64,000 bases of DNA from an uncultured Lachnobacterium sp. (GCA_964614035.1 CAZTKM010000005.1:10028-74027); one strand, 5' to 3'. Shown: positions 30,411-39,837, counted from the first letter of the stretch. The notes: a model not told the origin generated them from the sequence alone. Numbers and translations: made by a program.

Positions 30411-31079
30411 ATGACAAAAAAGCAATTAGCCCTCGAGGTAATCAAACGACTGAAAACTGAATATCCGGATTCCGGCTGTTCCTTGGAATATGACAATGCA
30501 TGGAAGCTTCTGGTATCCGTCCGTCTTGCAGCCCAGTGTACGGACGCCCGCGTAAATGTAGTCGTGCCGAAGCTCTATGAAAAATTTCCGTCCATCGAAG
30601 CACTTGCCGATGCTCCGGTGGAAGAGATTGAAGCGATTGTACACCCATGCGGACTCGGTAAAAGCAAAGCGCGGGATATCAGCGCCTGCATGAAAATGCT
30701 TCGCGACCAATTCGACTGCAAAGTCCCGGATGATTTCGATGCTCTCCTTACTTTACCGGGTGTCGGAAGAAAAAGCGCGAATCTGATTATGGGAGATGTC
30801 TTTGGAAAACCTGCTATTGTAACGGACACGCACTGCATTCGTCTGGCTAACCGTATCGGTCTGGTAACCGATGAAAAGGATCCGAAAAAGGTAGAACTGG
30901 CCTTATGGAAAATCGTACCACCGGAGGAAGGCAACCAGCTGTGCCATCGCTTTGTCGACCATGGTCGTGCAGTCTGCACCGCACGCACAAATCCTTACTG
31001 TGATAAGTGCGTATTGCAGGATATCTGTAAAGCAGCCAGACAGACAAAAAAGGGAGCGAAACGCTCCCTTGATCAGTAG
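30411..31079 (+). CDS. nth: Endonuclease III
   Basis: LAAQCTDARVN, HhH LPGVGRKSAN, VTDTH, 4Fe-4S motif CTARTNPYCDKCVLQDIC. Confidence 0.94.
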   Translation: MTKKQLALEVIKRLKTEYPDSGCSLEYDNAWKLLVSVRLAAQCTDARVNVVVPKLYEKFPSIEALADAPVEEIEAIVHPCGLGKSKARDISACMKMLRDQFDCKVPDDFDALLTLPGVGRKSANLIMGDVFGKPAIVTDTHCIRLANRIGLVTDEKDPKKVELALWKIVPPEEGNQLCHRFVDHGRAVCTARTNPYCDKCVLQDICKAARQTKKGAKRSLDQ

Positions 31080-31112
31080 AAGTCCTGTATCCCATCCTGT
31101 GTACCGGAAAAA

Positions 31113-31478
31113 TCATACCGCTTCTACATTTTTGGTAGCAACGATTTCTGCTCCGGTTCCTGCGACATCTGTAACCAGAACATCGCCAATTTTAACCGGT
31201 GCGGGTACGATTACATCCGTAAGTGCCCTTGTCACGTCAAAAATTTTTCCTTTCGGTATATCCTCCTTGGTCTTGCAGGATACCATCCCTGCTTTTCCGC
31301 CGGACACGCGAACGGTCGAGGTTACAATCCGGGTAGGATTGGTAACCTCCTTTCTTGCGTATGCATCTCCTCTCGGACATGTATTACCGGATACGCTTAC
31401 CACTTCATTCCCATTCATCTCCACTGTAAGAGAACATCCCAAGGGACATCCGATACAGGTTAACTTTCTTGTTTCCAT
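31113..31478 (-). CDS. DUF1667 CxxC-motif protein (small subunit of the dehydrogenase cluster)
   Basis: CIGCPLGC, GNTCPRG, NPTRIVTSTV. Confidence 0.88.
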   Translation of the reverse strand: METRKLTCIGCPLGCSLTVEMNGNEVVSVSGNTCPRGDAYARKEVTNPTRIVTSTVRVSGGKAGMVSCKTKEDIPKGKIFDVTRALTDVIVPAPVKIGDVLVTDVAGTGAEIVATKNVEAV

Positions 31479-31495
31479 GACGCGGCTCCTCCTTT

Positions 31496-32758
31496 CTACG
31501 CCTCTTCGATGCGAATTGTAATCTCAGAAAGCTCCGGGAACTTTAAAAGTTCCTTCTTGTTTAAGATTACCTGCTCCATTTCGCCCGGCGCCATAACCGG
31601 GCGCCTGCGCTTCATAACCGGGGTTTCATCCAGATAGGTTACAATCTGACAATTCTTATATACTGCGCCGACGCGGAACCGAACCGTAAGGGTATCGTCC
31701 ATCTCATCCGGGCGGACAAATTTCGGAACGGTGTAACGGACGCCGCCTTCCGGAAAAATCTCTACCGTTTTTGCATCCGCATTTTTTCCGTTTTTAATAT
31801 AATTTGCCGCATTTTTTCCCGCCGCAGCCGCTTCCTGCGAAACAAAGTCCACAAGGTCATGCACGTGAAGTACGTTTCCGCATGCAAATACTCCGTCGAT
31901 ATTCGTTTCCAAGCAGTCGTTTACAATCGGTCCCGAAGTAACCGGGCTAAGCTCCACGCCCGCGGTTCTGGAAAGCTCGTTTTCCGGAAGGAGACCGCAG
32001 GAGAGTAAAAGCGTATCGCATTCATAACGGATTTCCGTTCCGGGAACCGGCTTTCTGTCCGGACCGACCTCTGCAATTGTAACAGCCTCCACGCGCTCCT
32101 TTCCTTCAATGTCGACCACCGTATGGCTCAGTTTGAGCGGAATGCCAAAATCATCCAGACACTGTACGATATTTCTTTTAAGCCCTCCGGAATACGACAT
32201 AAGTTCCGCAACAACAAGAACCTTTGCTCCTTCCAGCGTCATGCGGCGTGCCATGATAAGACCGATATCTCCGGAACCTAAGATTACAACTTTCTTTCCC
32301 GGCATATAGCCTTCCATATTTACGAGTCGCTGGGCAGTTCCGGCAGAGTAGATTCCTGCAGGGCGGTATCCGGGAATATTCAGCGCGCCGCGGCTTCTCT
32401 CCCTGCATCCCATTGCCAGAATCACTGCCTTTGCGCACACTTCAAACATTCCATCCTCGCGGTTCATTGCCGTAACGACCTTATCCGCCGAAATATTCAT
32501 AACCATGGTATTTAATTTGTACTCTATCCCACGCTCTTTTACCTGTTCCACAAACCGAAAAGCATATTCCGGGCCGGTCAGTTCCTCCTTAAAAGTGTGA
32601 AGTCCGAACCCATTGTGGATGCACTGATTTAAAATTCCGCCAAGTTCTTTATCCCGCTCAAGAATCAATATACTCCCGATTCCATGATCTCTTGCGGAAA
32701 CTGCTGCGGCAAGTCCGGCAGGTCCGCCGCCGACGATGACCAAATCATAATTTATCAT
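31496..32758 (-). CDS. NAD(P)/FAD-dependent oxidoreductase
   Basis: GGGPAG, GGILNQCIHNGFG, GSGDIG, GNVLHVHDLVD; GGAGG RBS before ATG 32758. Confidence 0.9.
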   Translation of the reverse strand: MINYDLVIVGGGPAGLAAAVSARDHGIGSILILERDKELGGILNQCIHNGFGLHTFKEELTGPEYAFRFVEQVKERGIEYKLNTMVMNISADKVVTAMNREDGMFEVCAKAVILAMGCRERSRGALNIPGYRPAGIYSAGTAQRLVNMEGYMPGKKVVILGSGDIGLIMARRMTLEGAKVLVVAELMSYSGGLKRNIVQCLDDFGIPLKLSHTVVDIEGKERVEAVTIAEVGPDRKPVPGTEIRYECDTLLLSCGLLPENELSRTAGVELSPVTSGPIVNDCLETNIDGVFACGNVLHVHDLVDFVSQEAAAAGKNAANYIKNGKNADAKTVEIFPEGGVRYTVPKFVRPDEMDDTLTVRFRVGAVYKNCQIVTYLDETPVMKRRRPVMAPGEMEQVILNKKELLKFPELSEITIRIEEA

Positions 32759-34247
32759 AACGCACCTCCTGGATTTCTTTGTTTTTACCGACAACGAAAA
32801 CAGACTTTCCGCCGCTCTTCGTAATGTCATACATGCTCATCGGAACTTCTCTCTCCAGAATTTCCATGGTTCTCGGCGAGCAGAAGCCGGCCTGACAGCG
32901 TCCCATTCCCGCGCGAGTTCTGCGCTTTATTGCGTCAAGAGAGCGGGCGCCAAGCGGTCTGTGAATTGCGTCAAGTATCTCTCCCTCGGTAATCATCTCG
33001 CAGCGGCAGATGATATTTCCGTATGCCGGCTGTTTTTTGATCAGCTCGTTTCTCTCGTCTATGGAAAGGGTATCCGGACGAAGAATCCCTTTTCTGGTTG
33101 CCTTAAAATCTTCCTTTTTTGCAAGGGAAAGTTTCTCTGCAATCATATCCGCTACCATACTGCCAATGGCAGGGGCAGAGGAAAGGCCGGGGGATTCCAT
33201 TCCCGCCGCATTGTAAAACCCTTCCGCGCCGACAGCTTCGCCGATTATAAAATCATCGTTTGCCTCATGCGCACGAAGCCCTGCAAAAGAGGTAATGACC
33301 TGTCTAAACGGCACGTTCTTAACCGATCGTGCACTCGTCGCACAGAGAGTGTCAAGACCGCAAGCCGTAGTGTTTACCCCCTCTTTATTTTCCACGTCTG
33401 CTGCGGTAGGCCCAACAAGAAGATTCCCATGTACGGTAGGGGTAACAAGGACGCCTTTTCCCATCTTGCCCGGAAGCTGAAAAATCGTATGACTTACATG
33501 ATTTCCTGCTGTCTTGTCAAGAAGCATATATTCGCCTTTTCTTGCGACGATATGCATTTTCTCATCGCTTACCATATTGTTAAATATGTCTGCGTAAACG
33601 CCGGCGGCATTTACAACAACCTTAGCCTCGATGTTCTCCTGTTTTGGAGACTCGCCGGCCACTGCCGCCGCACCAACCGGATTTTTTACAGTAGAAAGCC
33701 TGTAGCCGCCTGCCGTCTTTTCTATATTCTTCACTTCCGTATTCAGGAAAAATTCCACCCCGTTTTCAAATGCATTTTCTGCCAATGCCATCGTAAGATG
33801 GAACGGGCAGACAATCGCGCCGGTAGGCGCGTAAAGAGCATCCACTGCATCATCCGCAAGGTTCGGTTCCATCTTCAAAAGTTCTTCCCTTCCGATTATG
33901 CGAAGCCCGGGAACTCCATTTGCCTTACCTTTCTCCATCAATTTTTCAAGCCCTGCAATGTCCTGCTCTCCGGTGCGGACGACAAGAGAACCGTTTCTCT
34001 CAAACGGAAAATCCAAATCCTTTGACAGTTGATCCATCATTTCATTTCCGCGAACATTTAACTTTGCCTTGAGTGTTCCGGGCGTTGCGTCAAATCCTGC
34101 ATGAACAATTGCACTGTTTGCCTTTGATGTTCCGCAGCACACATCCTCTTCACGCTCAATGACGCATGCGCTAAGCTCATATTTTGAAAGCTCTCTTGCG
34201 ATAGCGCTTCCGACTACGCCTGCCCCGATAATCGCTACATCATACAT
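32745..34247 (-). CDS. FAD-dependent oxidoreductase with a C-terminal BFD-like [2Fe-2S] domain (probable glycerol-3-phosphate dehydrogenase)
   Basis: GAGVVG, TSKANSAIVHAG, CRCE...RTRAGMGRCQAGFC; substrate inferred from nearby glpP. Confidence 0.85.
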   Translation of the reverse strand: MYDVAIIGAGVVGSAIARELSKYELSACVIEREEDVCCGTSKANSAIVHAGFDATPGTLKAKLNVRGNEMMDQLSKDLDFPFERNGSLVVRTGEQDIAGLEKLMEKGKANGVPGLRIIGREELLKMEPNLADDAVDALYAPTGAIVCPFHLTMALAENAFENGVEFFLNTEVKNIEKTAGGYRLSTVKNPVGAAAVAGESPKQENIEAKVVVNAAGVYADIFNNMVSDEKMHIVARKGEYMLLDKTAGNHVSHTIFQLPGKMGKGVLVTPTVHGNLLVGPTAADVENKEGVNTTACGLDTLCATSARSVKNVPFRQVITSFAGLRAHEANDDFIIGEAVGAEGFYNAAGMESPGLSSAPAIGSMVADMIAEKLSLAKKEDFKATRKGILRPDTLSIDERNELIKKQPAYGNIICRCEMITEGEILDAIHRPLGARSLDAIKRRTRAGMGRCQAGFCSPRTMEILEREVPMSMYDITKSGGKSVFVVGKNKEIQEVRYDKL

Positions 34248-34315
34248 AGTTTCTTTTCCTTTCCTTATAATCATTGCTTGATATACAACAGTTTCGGTTT
34301 TCTTCACTACTTACG

Positions 34316-34395
34316 AAAAAAGAGCAAAGGAATGAAGACGAATTTCTTCGTCTTATCATACCTTTGCTCATAATCTCTTGGTAACCTCTGTTAAA
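34316..34395 (-). promoter_or_regulatory. 5' leader terminator (probable GlpP-controlled attenuator)
   Basis: Long stem GAGCAAAGG...AAGACGAA/TTCGTCTT...CCTTTGCTC followed by T6, between promoter and RBS. Confidence 0.75.
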
Positions 34396-34403
34396 TTGTA
34401 TTC

Positions 34404-34432
34404 ATTATAACACCAAAAAGGAAAAAACGCAA
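34404..34432 (-). promoter_or_regulatory. SigA promoter of the dehydrogenase operon
   Basis: TTGCGT, 17 nt, extended TG-t-TATAAT. Confidence 0.75.
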
Positions 34433-34601
34433 CCGGTTCTTATTCAAAAACCGCGGCGAAATAATTCACAATTACAGACTTGTTATTATTCGACGTGTTA
34501 TATATAACTATACTAGTTGCCATTCAAACCCCACCATATTTCATAGAAAAAAAGCTTACACCAAAAATGTTCCAGTGATTTTTCTGTGACATTTTTCTGC
34601 T

Positions 34602-35229
34602 ATGACAAAAGCAGCGGCAATCCGGTTTTGTGAAAAACAGAATTATGATTTAATTGTCCTTGACATTAACCTGCCGGATGGAAATGGTTTTGATTTCTGT
34701 CAGTATGTAAAAGAACGCCGCCCGGATACGGCAGTAATTTATCTGACAGCAAATGATATGGAAAGTGATATGCTAAAGGGATTTGAATTAGGCGCGGACG
34801 ATTATGTGACGAAACCGTTTCCCATATACGTATTCCAGAAGAAAGTATCAGCGCTCATAAACCGCATTCAAAAGCAGACAGGCGGCGATTGCTATTCGGA
34901 CGGAAATCTGTATATCAATTTTTCTGAAACAACAGCTATTCTTTCCGGGGAGCCGGTTACACTTACTGCTATGGAATACCGCCTGTTGCGGGTGTTCGTT
35001 AAAAATCCGAATATTGTTTTATTCTGTGCTATTTGCTTTGTGGCTTTGGTTCGGCAGGAGCATGGTGTGAATGTATATGGATTAGACGATTTCCCCGCAG
35101 GGTATGTGCAGGTTTTGGACGGACAACCGGACACAGAAAAATGGAATGCTGGAACGGGCGTGTATGTTACACCTATGCGGATGATGGGCGCAGAAAACGG
35201 TGGTAGAGCTGTTGCATATTGCTGAATAA
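34602..35229 (+). pseudogene. Collapsed response regulator / sensor / ABC permease operon remnant
   Basis: OmpR-type receiver lacking its first strand (LDINLPDGNG, GADDYVTKPF) and truncated wHTH; short TM piece; permease-like piece; out-of-frame permease-like C-terminus AQKTVVELLHIAE*. Confidence 0.75.
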
Positions 35230-35244
35230 GATCTGCAAATACAG

Positions 35245-35272
35245 ACGGCCATCCGAAAGGGTGGCCGTTTTT
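35245..35272. terminator. Intrinsic terminator
   Basis: ACGGCCATCC-GAAA-GGGTGGCCGT followed by TTTT. Confidence 0.85.
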
Positions 35273-35303
35273 AAATGTTACCGGATTGTGAAATTTCCGC
35301 CTA

Positions 35304-36152
35304 TTATTTTGTAAAGAAAGAAACCGCAATCGCCCCGGGACCGGCATGCGTTCCGATTGTACTTCCGATTGTACTGATTCGAAGCGAATCCGTCTGGCCT
35401 TCATACAATTCTTTACTGTCTTCGATATACTTCTGAAGCATTGCGTCCGACAAACCGCTGTAGGCAAGCGAGAGAGGCATGTCAAAATCGATTCCTCCTT
35501 CTTTTTTTACCAGTTCCTTCAGCATATTGTTTCCGTTTTTAGATCCGCGTGCTTTTCCAAGGACGGCAACCTCGCCGTCCACAATTGCAATAACCGGTTT
35601 AATCGAAAGAACCGCACCTGCCATTGCGGCCGCCGCGGAAATTCTTCCTCCTTTTTTCAAATACTCCAACGTATCCAAAAGGGCAATCAAGCGAATATTA
35701 TTTTTCTTTTCATCCAGCTCCTCTGCGATCTCTTTGGCGCTCTTGCCCTCATCGCGAAGCCTGCATGCATAGAGCGTTAAAATCTGCTCTCCGATACAGA
35801 CATTATTGCTGTCAACAACTGTAACAGCATCCTCATATCCGTCTAATGCAATATTTGCACTCTGATAGCAGCCGGAAAGCTTTGAGGAAATCGTGATACA
35901 TACCGCGCCGTCCCCGGCTTCCTTTACTTCTTTGAATTTCTCTTCATATTCAAACGGTGCAGCCTGACTCGTGGTCGGCATCTGTTCAGACTCAATCAAT
36001 TTTTCAAAGAACTGATTGTGGGAAATCGTCACTCCGTCCAGAAATTCTTCGTCGCCGAACATCGTCTTCAGCGGTATTATCGTTAGTCCCAGTTTTTTCG
36101 CCTCCTGCGGTTCAATGTCGCATCCGGAGTCTACAATAATTCTTACTGCCAT
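35304..36152 (-). CDS. DegV-family fatty acid-binding protein
   Basis: IIVDSGCD, PTTSQ, ISSKLSG, LKKGGRI, IGTHAGPGA. Confidence 0.93.
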   Translation of the reverse strand: MAVRIIVDSGCDIEPQEAKKLGLTIIPLKTMFGDEEFLDGVTISHNQFFEKLIESEQMPTTSQAAPFEYEEKFKEVKEAGDGAVCITISSKLSGCYQSANIALDGYEDAVTVVDSNNVCIGEQILTLYACRLRDEGKSAKEIAEELDEKKNNIRLIALLDTLEYLKKGGRISAAAAMAGAVLSIKPVIAIVDGEVAVLGKARGSKNGNNMLKELVKKEGGIDFDMPLSLAYSGLSDAMLQKYIEDSKELYEGQTDSLRISTIGSTIGTHAGPGAIAVSFFTK

Positions 36153-36342
36153 TCTTTTTCCTTTCCTGCTAATAAATTTTTTCTTATAAACTATTTACCC
36201 CTCTCTGCAGAGTTTAACGAATATCCATGCAAATGTCAAATTTCTTGTGGTTTCCATAAGCTCCATGCTATAATTATCGTAACTATTCAGGCTCCCTTAG
36301 AATAGCTGCATATTTTTAATATTTACGAAGCAGGAGCTGCAT

Positions 36343-36909
36343 ATGAAAAAAGAATTCCGAAACGCACTTGAAGATTCGCCAATCATCGCTGCCATCAAGG
36401 ATGAAGAAGGCTTAAAAAAATGTAAGAACAGCGACAGTCGTGTCATTTTCATTTTATATGGAGATATCTGTACCATTGCTGATATTGTCGAAGAAGTAAA
36501 ATCCAGCGGCAAAATCGCCATGGTGCATTTAGACCTGATTAACGGATTAAGTGCAAAAGAAGTTGCCGTAGATTTTATAAAGAAATACACAAAGGCAGAT
36601 GGTATTATTACCACCAAGCCCGCGCTCATCAAGCGTGCGAAGGAGCTTTCCTTATATACCATCCTGCGCCTCTTTGTCATTGATTCCATGGCATATGAAA
36701 ATATAGAGCGCCAGCTAAAGACAGCCAAGCCGGATCTTATCGAAATACTTCCGGCGCTTATGCCAAAGGTCGTAAAGCGAATCTGCAGCATGTCCTCCAC
36801 TCCGGTCATTGCGGGCGGACTTGTATCGGAAAAGGAGGATATCATGGAATTGTTAAACGCCGGTGTAATCAGTATATCCTCTACCAATCCGGACATCTGG
36901 TTCGTGTGA
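36343..36909 (+). CDS. glpP: Glycerol-3-phosphate-responsive antiterminator
   Basis: PIIAAIKD, VHLDLINGL, GIITTK, RLFVIDS, IEILP, PVIAGGL. Confidence 0.92.
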   Translation: MKKEFRNALEDSPIIAAIKDEEGLKKCKNSDSRVIFILYGDICTIADIVEEVKSSGKIAMVHLDLINGLSAKEVAVDFIKKYTKADGIITTKPALIKRAKELSLYTILRLFVIDSMAYENIERQLKTAKPDLIEILPALMPKVVKRICSMSSTPVIAGGLVSEKEDIMELLNAGVISISSTNPDIWFV

Positions 36910-36912
36910 TGA

Positions 36913-36955
36913 AAAACCTCTGTGAATGTCGGATATCCCTATTCGCGGAGGTTTT
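36913..36955 (+). terminator. glpP terminator
   Basis: AAAACCTCTGTGAAT...ATTCGCGGAGGTTTT. Confidence 0.7.
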
Positions 36956-37053
36956 CATAGGCTTTGCGCTTTTCCTGCGAATGCGGTAAATAAATTACCC
37001 TCTAATCCATGTTCACGATACTCGTCGTCCAGCTTTTGCTCATTTGCTAATGC

Positions 37054-37320
37054 ATGAACATTAAAGTACTCAAACTTAGCAAAGATATGGCAGACACTAA
37101 ATTAAGTAAAATTAATTGGCACGAGTATATCCATAAAGCAAACGAAGAAAAAAGTGAGATTGCTTCTCTCTTGGTTGACAATGAGAAGCTTTTAGTCTAT
37201 GCCGAGAAGGAGTTGAATAAGGCAAGAACATCTTTGCCGGATATCGTTTGTGTATCTAACGATGATATGGATCCCAAAAACATTATATTGATATTCAAAG
37301 AGGGACCGTCTCAATCCTAG
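37054..37320 (+). pseudogene. Fragment of an APH/choline-kinase-like phosphotransferase
   Basis: VCVSNDDMDPKNII resembles the Brenner HxDxxxxN catalytic loop; no RBS; only 88 aa; AT-rich. Confidence 0.45.
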
Positions 37321-37695
37321 AAACAACCATGTCAACCAACTCGTTAAGTTCTATGTTTCCATCGTTTATGATAGAAACATATTGTTCCTCATTACATTGT
37401 CGTTGCACTTCTCGTGCAAACATGAGATCTCTGTTCATCCAATTAGAAAAAGCTTTTTCCTTGAAAAATCTGAAAATCTTTGTCAGGGGTAATGGCTAAA
37501 TATCTATCTTTTGAAATGCTCATTTTTCATTAACTTAGGTAAATATGCCGCACCTTCTGTAAGTATTTCCTTAGTTTCTATTTTCTCTAAACATTGCACC
37601 CATCTTAGTCTACTTATCAGGGAAATCATCCACTTTAAAATAATGTAAATCATATTTCTTTGAAACTATTTCTGCTATTGTACTTTTTCCACCTG
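37320..37695 (-). pseudogene. Degraded P-loop kinase-like gene
   Basis: Ordered fragments in different frames: GGKSTIAEIVSKKYDLHYFKVDDFPDK*; ILTEGAAYLPKL; RYLAITPDKDFQ; KEKAFSNWMNRDLMFAREV. Confidence 0.6.
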
Positions 37696-37729
37696 TTAGA
37701 CCATCCGCCCTTCGTCTGCGCGCCATCGT

Positions 37730-37840
37730 GAAAAGACCCCGATGCCTTACAGCGCCGGGGTCTTTCCGAGGAGTTTAGTTATGAAAATGTTTATTAATAA
37801 AAAGGGAATAATGTAAAAGGAATAATTTCCTTTGACACTA
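37730..37840 (-). ncRNA. Candidate ~110-nt sRNA with an anti-SD motif
   Basis: Upstream CATATT...CATATACT promoter-like elements; 5' hairpin; pyrimidine-rich ...CATAACTAAACTCCTC; terminator AAAGACCCCG/CGGGGTCTTT. Confidence 0.5.
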
Positions 37841-37964
37841 TTTAGTATATGTGCAAATTGTGTCCATAATATGTCCGATTTCCAAAACATTTCTAAAATC
37901 ATCAAAAAAATTTTTAAAAAATTTTTATTTTTATAAATTTCCGTTTCCTTTTCTTTTCTCTTCT

Positions 37965-38762
37965 CTACTCCGGCAAATGGAACAAGTTTTCACAAAGCGC
38001 AATCTTCGCTTCCTTTTCCCGTCCCTCCAGACTGTTGTCAAAAATCACTGTTCCGGGAGTTTTTTGTGTTGTCAGAAGTCCGGCTTCCATCAGACGTCTT
38101 CTCATCTCCCGCGCGGTTCCTTCCCCTCCGTCAAAAATTCTCACATTGTTACCCAGCACTTTGACAACCGCATTCTTCACAAACGGATAGTGGGTACATC
38201 CGAGCACAACTGCATCCACCGGGTGTTTCTGATATTCAAAAAGCAGCTCGGTCAGGTATGTCATTAAATCTTCGCCGTCCAAGTCTCCCCGCTCCACAAA
38301 ATTCATAAGTCCGGGGCATGGCAAAGATATAATTTCTCCAAGACTTTTGTACCTTGCAATGAGCTTCTTTAGTTTTTCCTCGCGAATCGTCATAGGAGTT
38401 GCCATGACAAGCACCCTCGGGTGTTCCATAAATGTTGCCGCCGGCTTTACTGCGGGTTCTATCCCTACAATCGGAATCTGAAAGAATTCTTCCCGCAGCA
38501 TCCGCACCGCGGCGCTGGTTGCCGTATTACACGCCACGACAAGCCCTTTCGCGCCCCTGTCAAAAAGCTCTATCGCATGACTGCGGGTCAATGCCCTTAC
38601 TTCCTCCAATGTTTTCGTACCGTAAGGAGCATGCTTTGAATCTCCATAATATATGAAATTTTCATTCGGCATAGCCTTGACCAATTCGCGCAGCACGCTG
38701 ATTCCGCCGACGCCGGAATCAAATACACCGATTGCTTTACTCAAATTCTCTTCTTTTTTCAA
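37965..38762 (-). CDS. murI: Glutamate racemase
   Basis: FDSGVGG, VACNTAT, LGCTHYP; exact start uncertain (TTG 38762 or 38744). Confidence 0.95.
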   Translation of the reverse strand: MKKEENLSKAIGVFDSGVGGISVLRELVKAMPNENFIYYGDSKHAPYGTKTLEEVRALTRSHAIELFDRGAKGLVVACNTATSAAVRMLREEFFQIPIVGIEPAVKPAATFMEHPRVLVMATPMTIREEKLKKLIARYKSLGEIISLPCPGLMNFVERGDLDGEDLMTYLTELLFEYQKHPVDAVVLGCTHYPFVKNAVVKVLGNNVRIFDGGEGTAREMRRRLMEAGLLTTQKTPGTVIFDNSLEGREKEAKIALCENLFHLPE

Positions 38763-38847
38763 AATATGCTTCCTTTTTTCTTTTCCTAAAATTCCTATTA
38801 TGCTATAATCATATTATAATAATTACAAAAGTGCCGAAGGTGATATT

Positions 38848-39267
38848 ATGAGTTCAAAAAAACAAGGTCTTTTCGAAAATTATCGTCAGTGTGGCATCTG
38901 CGGTAAGCGTTTGCCGGATGCCTACGAAAGAGATTATTGTCCGCAATGTTTGAACATCAAGCTTCTTCGTGAAGTGAAAGACTTCATTCGTGAAAATGAA
39001 GTAAATGAATATCAGGTTGCGGAACATTTTAACATTCCTGTAAAAATGGTAAAGGGATGGATTCGCGAAGGCCGCATTGAGTATAAGAAGAACACAGGTA
39101 ACGGAACGATTACAGGGATGCACTGCCAGCGTTGCGGCGGCCCTGTTACCTTTGGTTCTCTATGCCCGAAATGCTTAAAGCTTCTAAATGGCAGCGGCAC
39201 GAAAGGGTATGGTCAGGCGGAACGTTCTGAGAATGAGAAAATGCGTTTCCTCGATCATGACAACTGA
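38848..39267 (+). CDS. YvyF-like flagellar-operon Zn-ribbon/HTH protein
   Basis: CxxC...CxxC, VKDFIREN, WIREGRIE, second CxxC...CxxC, C-terminal MRFL. Confidence 0.75.
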   Translation: MSSKKQGLFENYRQCGICGKRLPDAYERDYCPQCLNIKLLREVKDFIRENEVNEYQVAEHFNIPVKMVKGWIREGRIEYKKNTGNGTITGMHCQRCGGPVTFGSLCPKCLKLLNGSGTKGYGQAERSENEKMRFLDHDN

Positions 39268-39293
39268 TTCATCCCACAAGATATCTTGTAAGT

Positions 39294-39325
39294 AAAATGC
39301 ACAGCAGACCTGCTGTGCATTTTTA
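39294..39325. terminator. Bidirectional terminator
   Basis: AAAATGCACAGCAG / CTGCTGTGCATTTT. Confidence 0.85.
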
Positions 39326-39336
39326 TTTTCCTTTTC

Positions 39337-39837
39337 TTACCGTACTCTGCGGACAACCTTCTGCGCATATTTCAAGCATACCGCATCTAAGTACTTTTCA
39401 TCCGGCTCAAACTTAATCAGGGAAATCTGTTCTCCGTTCTTGATAACCATATCATAATATGGAACATCTTTATAACCGGAAGAATAATCCACGACTCTGA
39501 CAGACTGATCATTCTCGTATTTGTATACGCAGCGGTCTCCCGCCGGCGCAATCTGAATAACCTCATCCATCGAAAAAGACTTTAGCTGCTTTCTTCGGCT
39601 CTTGTTCATTACCTTGGCGAACCGCACTTCCCCGTCAAAAAAAGAATATTCAAATTCCTTGTTCATCTGAAATTGAAATAAGTACCATAAAAAGAGAAAG
39701 ATAATTGCAAAACAAATCGCTGTCACAGACACACAGGACAAAAGCAGGCACCCGATGCCGAGTGCAAGAAACAGTGCTCCCAGCAGCACAGTGTATACGG
39801 CTTTCTTTCTCTGGACTAATACATAAACCTCGTACAT
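39337..39837 (-). CDS. DUF6106-like membrane protein
   Basis: Two N-terminal TM helices, then EFEYSF...KVMNKSRRK...FEP. Confidence 0.75.
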   Translation of the reverse strand: MYEVYVLVQRKKAVYTVLLGALFLALGIGCLLLSCVSVTAICFAIIFLFLWYLFQFQMNKEFEYSFFDGEVRFAKVMNKSRRKQLKSFSMDEVIQIAPAGDRCVYKYENDQSVRVVDYSSGYKDVPYYDMVIKNGEQISLIKFEPDEKYLDAVCLKYAQKVVRRVR

